Shown in pieces: positions 55,339 through 58,414 of a DNA stretch of 58,414 nt (its first letter is position 1; each line of letters begins with the position of its first letter). Both the position numbers and the translations under genes were made by a program. The stretch is from an uncultured delta proteobacterium (GTDB lineage: Bacteria > Desulfobacterota > Binatia > UBA9968), in contig CAVUVW010000009.1 in assembly GCA_963745035.1 (NCBI GenBank), forward strand, positions 1 through 58,414. Reading direction: 5' to 3'. Under the pieces are notes generated by a model that did no database searches, was not told the origin of the DNA, and saw only the letters and a list, made by a program, of their open reading frames with translations.

Positions 55339-56205
55339 GTGCTGCCGATTATTTTTGGCCTGTTGACCTCGCTGTGCTTCGCCATCGCCAGCCTGCTCGC
55401 GCAGCGCGGCTATTCGCGGGGCGCGGCGCCCTGGGGAGCGTGGATCACCATCGCCGGCAACTGCGCTTTGCTGCTCGCGGCGCATTTTGCGCTGTATTCG
55501 GACACTCGGCTGCTGGTCGCCGACAATCTCATTTTCATCGCGGTGGGCCTGCTGGTTCCGGGAGTAACACGGGTGCTGAGCTTCCGCGGTATCCGCGCCA
55601 TGGGAAGCTCGATCACCTCGACCATCATCAACACGACGCCGATGTTCTCGACGTTGCTCGCCATCGCGCTGCTCGGGGAAAGGCCGGGAGCGCTGGTGCT
55701 GCTCGGCGTCGCTCTCACGGTGGGCGGCCTCGCCGCGGTCTCCTGGGACCGGGGTCAGACGGCGTACAAAAAAAGTGAGCTCGTTTATCCGTTCTTGTGC
55801 GCTGTGATATTTTCCTTGAAAGACGTGACGGTGCGCTGGGCGCTTGGCGCGGGCGACGGGCAGCCGATCTTTTCCGCCGGTGTCGCCGCCTTGACCTCGA
55901 CTTTTCAGATATTTCTCATCACCCGTTACGTCCAGGGTGAAAAATTTGCACTGCCGGCGGCGCCGGTGGCGAAATGGTTTGTCTGGTCCGGGCTATTTAC
56001 CGGCGGATCGTTTCTCTTCATGTATCTCGCCTTGAGCATGGAGCGGGTAACCATCGTGGCGCCGCTCATCAACAGCTACGCGGTCTTTGTCCTGCTGCTC
56101 ACGCCCCTGATGGCGCGTCAAATCGAAAGCGTCACGCCGCGCAAAATCGCCGGCGCGGCGCTGGTGGTCGCGGGCATCTTTCTGATATCGGCGGGCAAAG
56201 ATTAG
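55339..56205 (+). CDS. EamA/DMT-family transporter
   Basis: Two 5-TM repeats; LLGERPG, KIAGAALVVAGI. Confidence 0.88.
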   Translation: MLPIIFGLLTSLCFAIASLLAQRGYSRGAAPWGAWITIAGNCALLLAAHFALYSDTRLLVADNLIFIAVGLLVPGVTRVLSFRGIRAMGSSITSTIINTTPMFSTLLAIALLGERPGALVLLGVALTVGGLAAVSWDRGQTAYKKSELVYPFLCAVIFSLKDVTVRWALGAGDGQPIFSAGVAALTSTFQIFLITRYVQGEKFALPAAPVAKWFVWSGLFTGGSFLFMYLALSMERVTIVAPLINSYAVFVLLLTPLMARQIESVTPRKIAGAALVVAGIFLISAGKD

Positions 56206-56304
56206 ATCGATTGCGAGGTCGCCTGACGGCAAAGTGAAAAAAATCCCGACAGTCCGCCGGAGCGTTTATCCGCCCGGCGGTCGAGCTCGCGCGCAGCACC
56301 CGCT

Positions 56305-56781
56305 TCAGTCTTCCTCGTGGATTTGCTGGGTCAGGTAATTTTGGTAGCCGAGCTCGGTGATCTGATGGAGCTGGGTCTCGATCCAGTCGACATGCTTCTC
56401 TTCGTCCACCAGAATATGCTCCAATAGCTCGCGTGAGGCGTCATCGGAGTGTTCGAGGCAAGTCTTGATGCCCGGACGCAGCACGGTCAGCGCGGCGAGC
56501 TCCAAGGCAAGATCGTTTTCCAACTGTTGCTTGACTCCGGCGCCGACGCTGATCTTGTCGTAAGCAACGACGTTGGGAGTTCCCTCGAGGAACAAGATCC
56601 GTTCGATCAGTCGGTCGGCATGCTTCATTTCGCCGATGGACTCGTCCCAGATCACTTTCTTAAGCCTTCGATAGCCCCAGTTCTCGCACATCTTGGCGTG
56701 AATGAAGTACTGGTTGACGCCGGTCAGTTCTTTGCGCAGCACCTGATTGAGAACCGTGATGACCTGATCGTTGCCTTTCAT
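56305..56781 (-). CDS. bfr: Bacterioferritin
   Basis: MKGN..VI..LN..L..EL..VNQYFIH, ESIGEMKHAD.LIERILFLEG, DEEKH.DW.E; RBS AAGGAG. Confidence 0.96.
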   Translation of the reverse strand: MKGNDQVITVLNQVLRKELTGVNQYFIHAKMCENWGYRRLKKVIWDESIGEMKHADRLIERILFLEGTPNVVAYDKISVGAGVKQQLENDLALELAALTVLRPGIKTCLEHSDDASRELLEHILVDEEKHVDWIETQLHQITELGYQNYLTQQIHEED

Positions 56782-56830
56782 GCGCATGCTCCTTTCCAAA
56801 GCGCGGCGTGCCGCCAAGAACAATGCCGGT

Positions 56831-57232
56831 TCAGCGCGCCGCGCCGCCGACCGTCAAAGTCAAATCGGTTGCGCCGCTCTGTTTGCCGACGCCGATGAGC
56901 AAGGTGTTGCCTTCCTTGGTGTATGCCAGCATGGCGCCGCCGCCGCGCACGTTCATGTTCGTCTGCCAGCCGCGGGACAGCAGCTCCCTTTTGTAGAATT
57001 CGACGATCTCGTCGGCGTCCATGTTGCCCTGAAAGGTCGCCTGCCCGGCGCCGAAGCCGAGCAGCGACATCTCCACCGGCTTTTCGGTGCTTCGCGTCAT
57101 CGCCTTGGGAACCGGCACCGAAACTCCGGCGATGGTTTCATCGTACGACCGCGCGCAGCCGTTTGAAAGGGCGAGCGCGGCGAACAGCAAAATGGTGGGC
57201 TTGCACAGGATAAGACGGGCGGGATAGCTCAT
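56831..57232 (-). CDS. Putative lipoprotein
   Basis: Hydrophobic signal ending LSNGC; IVEFYKRELLSRGWQ. Confidence 0.7.
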   Translation of the reverse strand: MSYPARLILCKPTILLFAALALSNGCARSYDETIAGVSVPVPKAMTRSTEKPVEMSLLGFGAGQATFQGNMDADEIVEFYKRELLSRGWQTNMNVRGGGAMLAYTKEGNTLLIGVGKQSGATDLTLTVGGAAR

Positions 57233-57294
57233 CGCTGCTCCTGGTCATTGACTACACCAACGCGGTGCGCCGATCAACGTAAAGCGCGGCGCGA

Positions 57295-58414
57295 TCACGA
57301 ATTCGGTTCAGGCGGAACCGGCAGTCCGAGCCAAAACCAGAGCACGAGCAGCACGACGCCGAGCAGCTCCGGCAGAGAAGGCGACACATGGATCAACGCG
57401 CCGCCGAGCATGCCGCCGAGGGACGAGCCGATAAAGCCGCAAGAGCTGTACACGCCGCTCGCCATGCCGCGGCCGCTCGCCGGCACGCGCCGGGTGAGAA
57501 AGGCGGGCAAGATCGGCTGGTAGATGCTGTAGCCGAAAATAAACGCCGCGCCGCTCAAATAGAGCAGAACGTCGTATTGCGCGCCGAACAAATAAACGCC
57601 GTAGCCGACGGTGGCCGTGAGCCAGCCGATCAAGATCGGGCCGCGGAATCGATCGGCTTTTTCGGCGCGCCGCATGTACGGAAACACAAACAAGATGCTC
57701 GGCAAAAAAATGATCGAATAGACCTTCCACAGCTCGGTCTTCTCCAGGCCGATCGCTGTCCAGCTTAAAGGATAGGTGAAAAAGAAGAGATTGAGCGCGA
57801 ACGAGAGCACGAAGGCGGCGATAAAGATCGGCCGCAAGTGATCACGGACAACCATTGGGCCGAGCGCCGACGGTGTTTCTCCGGCGCCGCGCGCTGCGGG
57901 AAAGCAGAAAATGGCGAGCAGCAGCGACAGCAGACCGAGCGCGGCGAGCAGATAAAATAAGCCGCCGAGCCCGATCTGCGCGGCGAGAAAAGGGCCGGCG
58001 AGCAGACCGATCATAAACGACACGCCGACGGCGATGCCGGTGATCGTGTATGCCTGGGCGCGCACGCTCGGCCGGGTCAGATCGGCCAAGGTCGCGAAGG
58101 CGACCGACCCCACCGCGCCGGTGCCCTGCAGCGCGCGCGCGAGGATCAAGCCGTAGATGTCCGTCGCCAGGGCGCAGCTGGCGCTGCCGGCGACGAACAG
58201 CGCGAGGCCGCCCACCAGCACCGGCTTTCGGCCCCAGCGGTCGCTCGCCCAACCGAGCGGGATCTGCAGCGCCGACTGCACCAGCGCGTAAATGCCGAAG
58301 GCCACCCCGGCGAGCGCCGCCGAAGCGCCGGGATAGCGCACGGCATAGACGCTGAAAATCGGCAGCATGAGAAAAATGCCCAAGAGCCGAAGCGCGGAAA
58401 TCAAACTGACGAGG
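57295..58414 (-). CDS. MFS transporter, YajR-like (5' end outside the window)
   Basis: LRLLGIFLMLP, GWASDRWGRKPV, ARALQGTGA, ADLT. Confidence 0.9.
   Translation of the reverse strand, partial: LVSLISALRLLGIFLMLPIFSVYAVRYPGASAALAGVAFGIYALVQSALQIPLGWASDRWGRKPVLVGGLALFVAGSASCALATDIYGLILARALQGTGAVGSVAFATLADLTRPSVRAQAYTITGIAVGVSFMIGLLAGPFLAAQIGLGGLFYLLAALGLLSLLLAIFCFPAARGAGETPSALGPMVVRDHLRPIFIAAFVLSFALNLFFFTYPLSWTAIGLEKTELWKVYSIIFLPSILFVFPYMRRAEKADRFRGPILIGWLTATVGYGVYLFGAQYDVLLYLSGAAFIFGYSIYQPILPAFLTRRVPASGRGMASGVYSSCGFIGSSLGGMLGGALIHVSPSLPELLGVVLLVLWFWLGLPVPPEPNS

Overview
GC-rich bacterial chromosomal segment with about 65 protein-coding genes or gene fragments. I found no rRNA, tRNA, CRISPR array, intact transposase or prophage. 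Gene style (orphan Fe3+/thiamine-type binding proteins, ThDP, M24 and amidohydrolase enzymes, GTTCAA intergenic repeats) suggests a deltaproteobacteria-like lineage such as Candidatus Binatia; this is inference only. Housekeeping genes: tatA/B, HDAC-family deacetylase, fabF-fabH, pncB, etfBA, comEA, msrPQ, mtgA, mutY, bfr. Catabolic and transport genes: a PaaA-like di-iron protein, an ABC importer, several MFS permeases, and a CitE/ACAD/MaoC/CoA-transferase cluster. An accessory patch at about 11.9-18.4 kb holds small ORFs, gene debris and sigma-54 promoters. At least nine genes carry single-base frameshifts, most likely long-read indel errors, so several ORF-track calls are artefactual fusions or splits. 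No single undescribed system is proven. The best leads are: (1) an LspA-fold membrane protein lacking one catalytic Asp and carrying a CxxC insert; (2) a stand-alone PaaA-like di-iron enzyme upstream of ETF; (3) a narM / FdhF-like(Cys->Ser) / M24 / TIR-TM / HAD operon with three degenerate active sites; (4) a four-site ECF-sigma promoter motif; (5) signal-peptide-bearing methyltransferases; (6) several families of periodic inverted-repeat intergenic elements. All motif comparisons were made by eye from remembered family consensus, not by database search.
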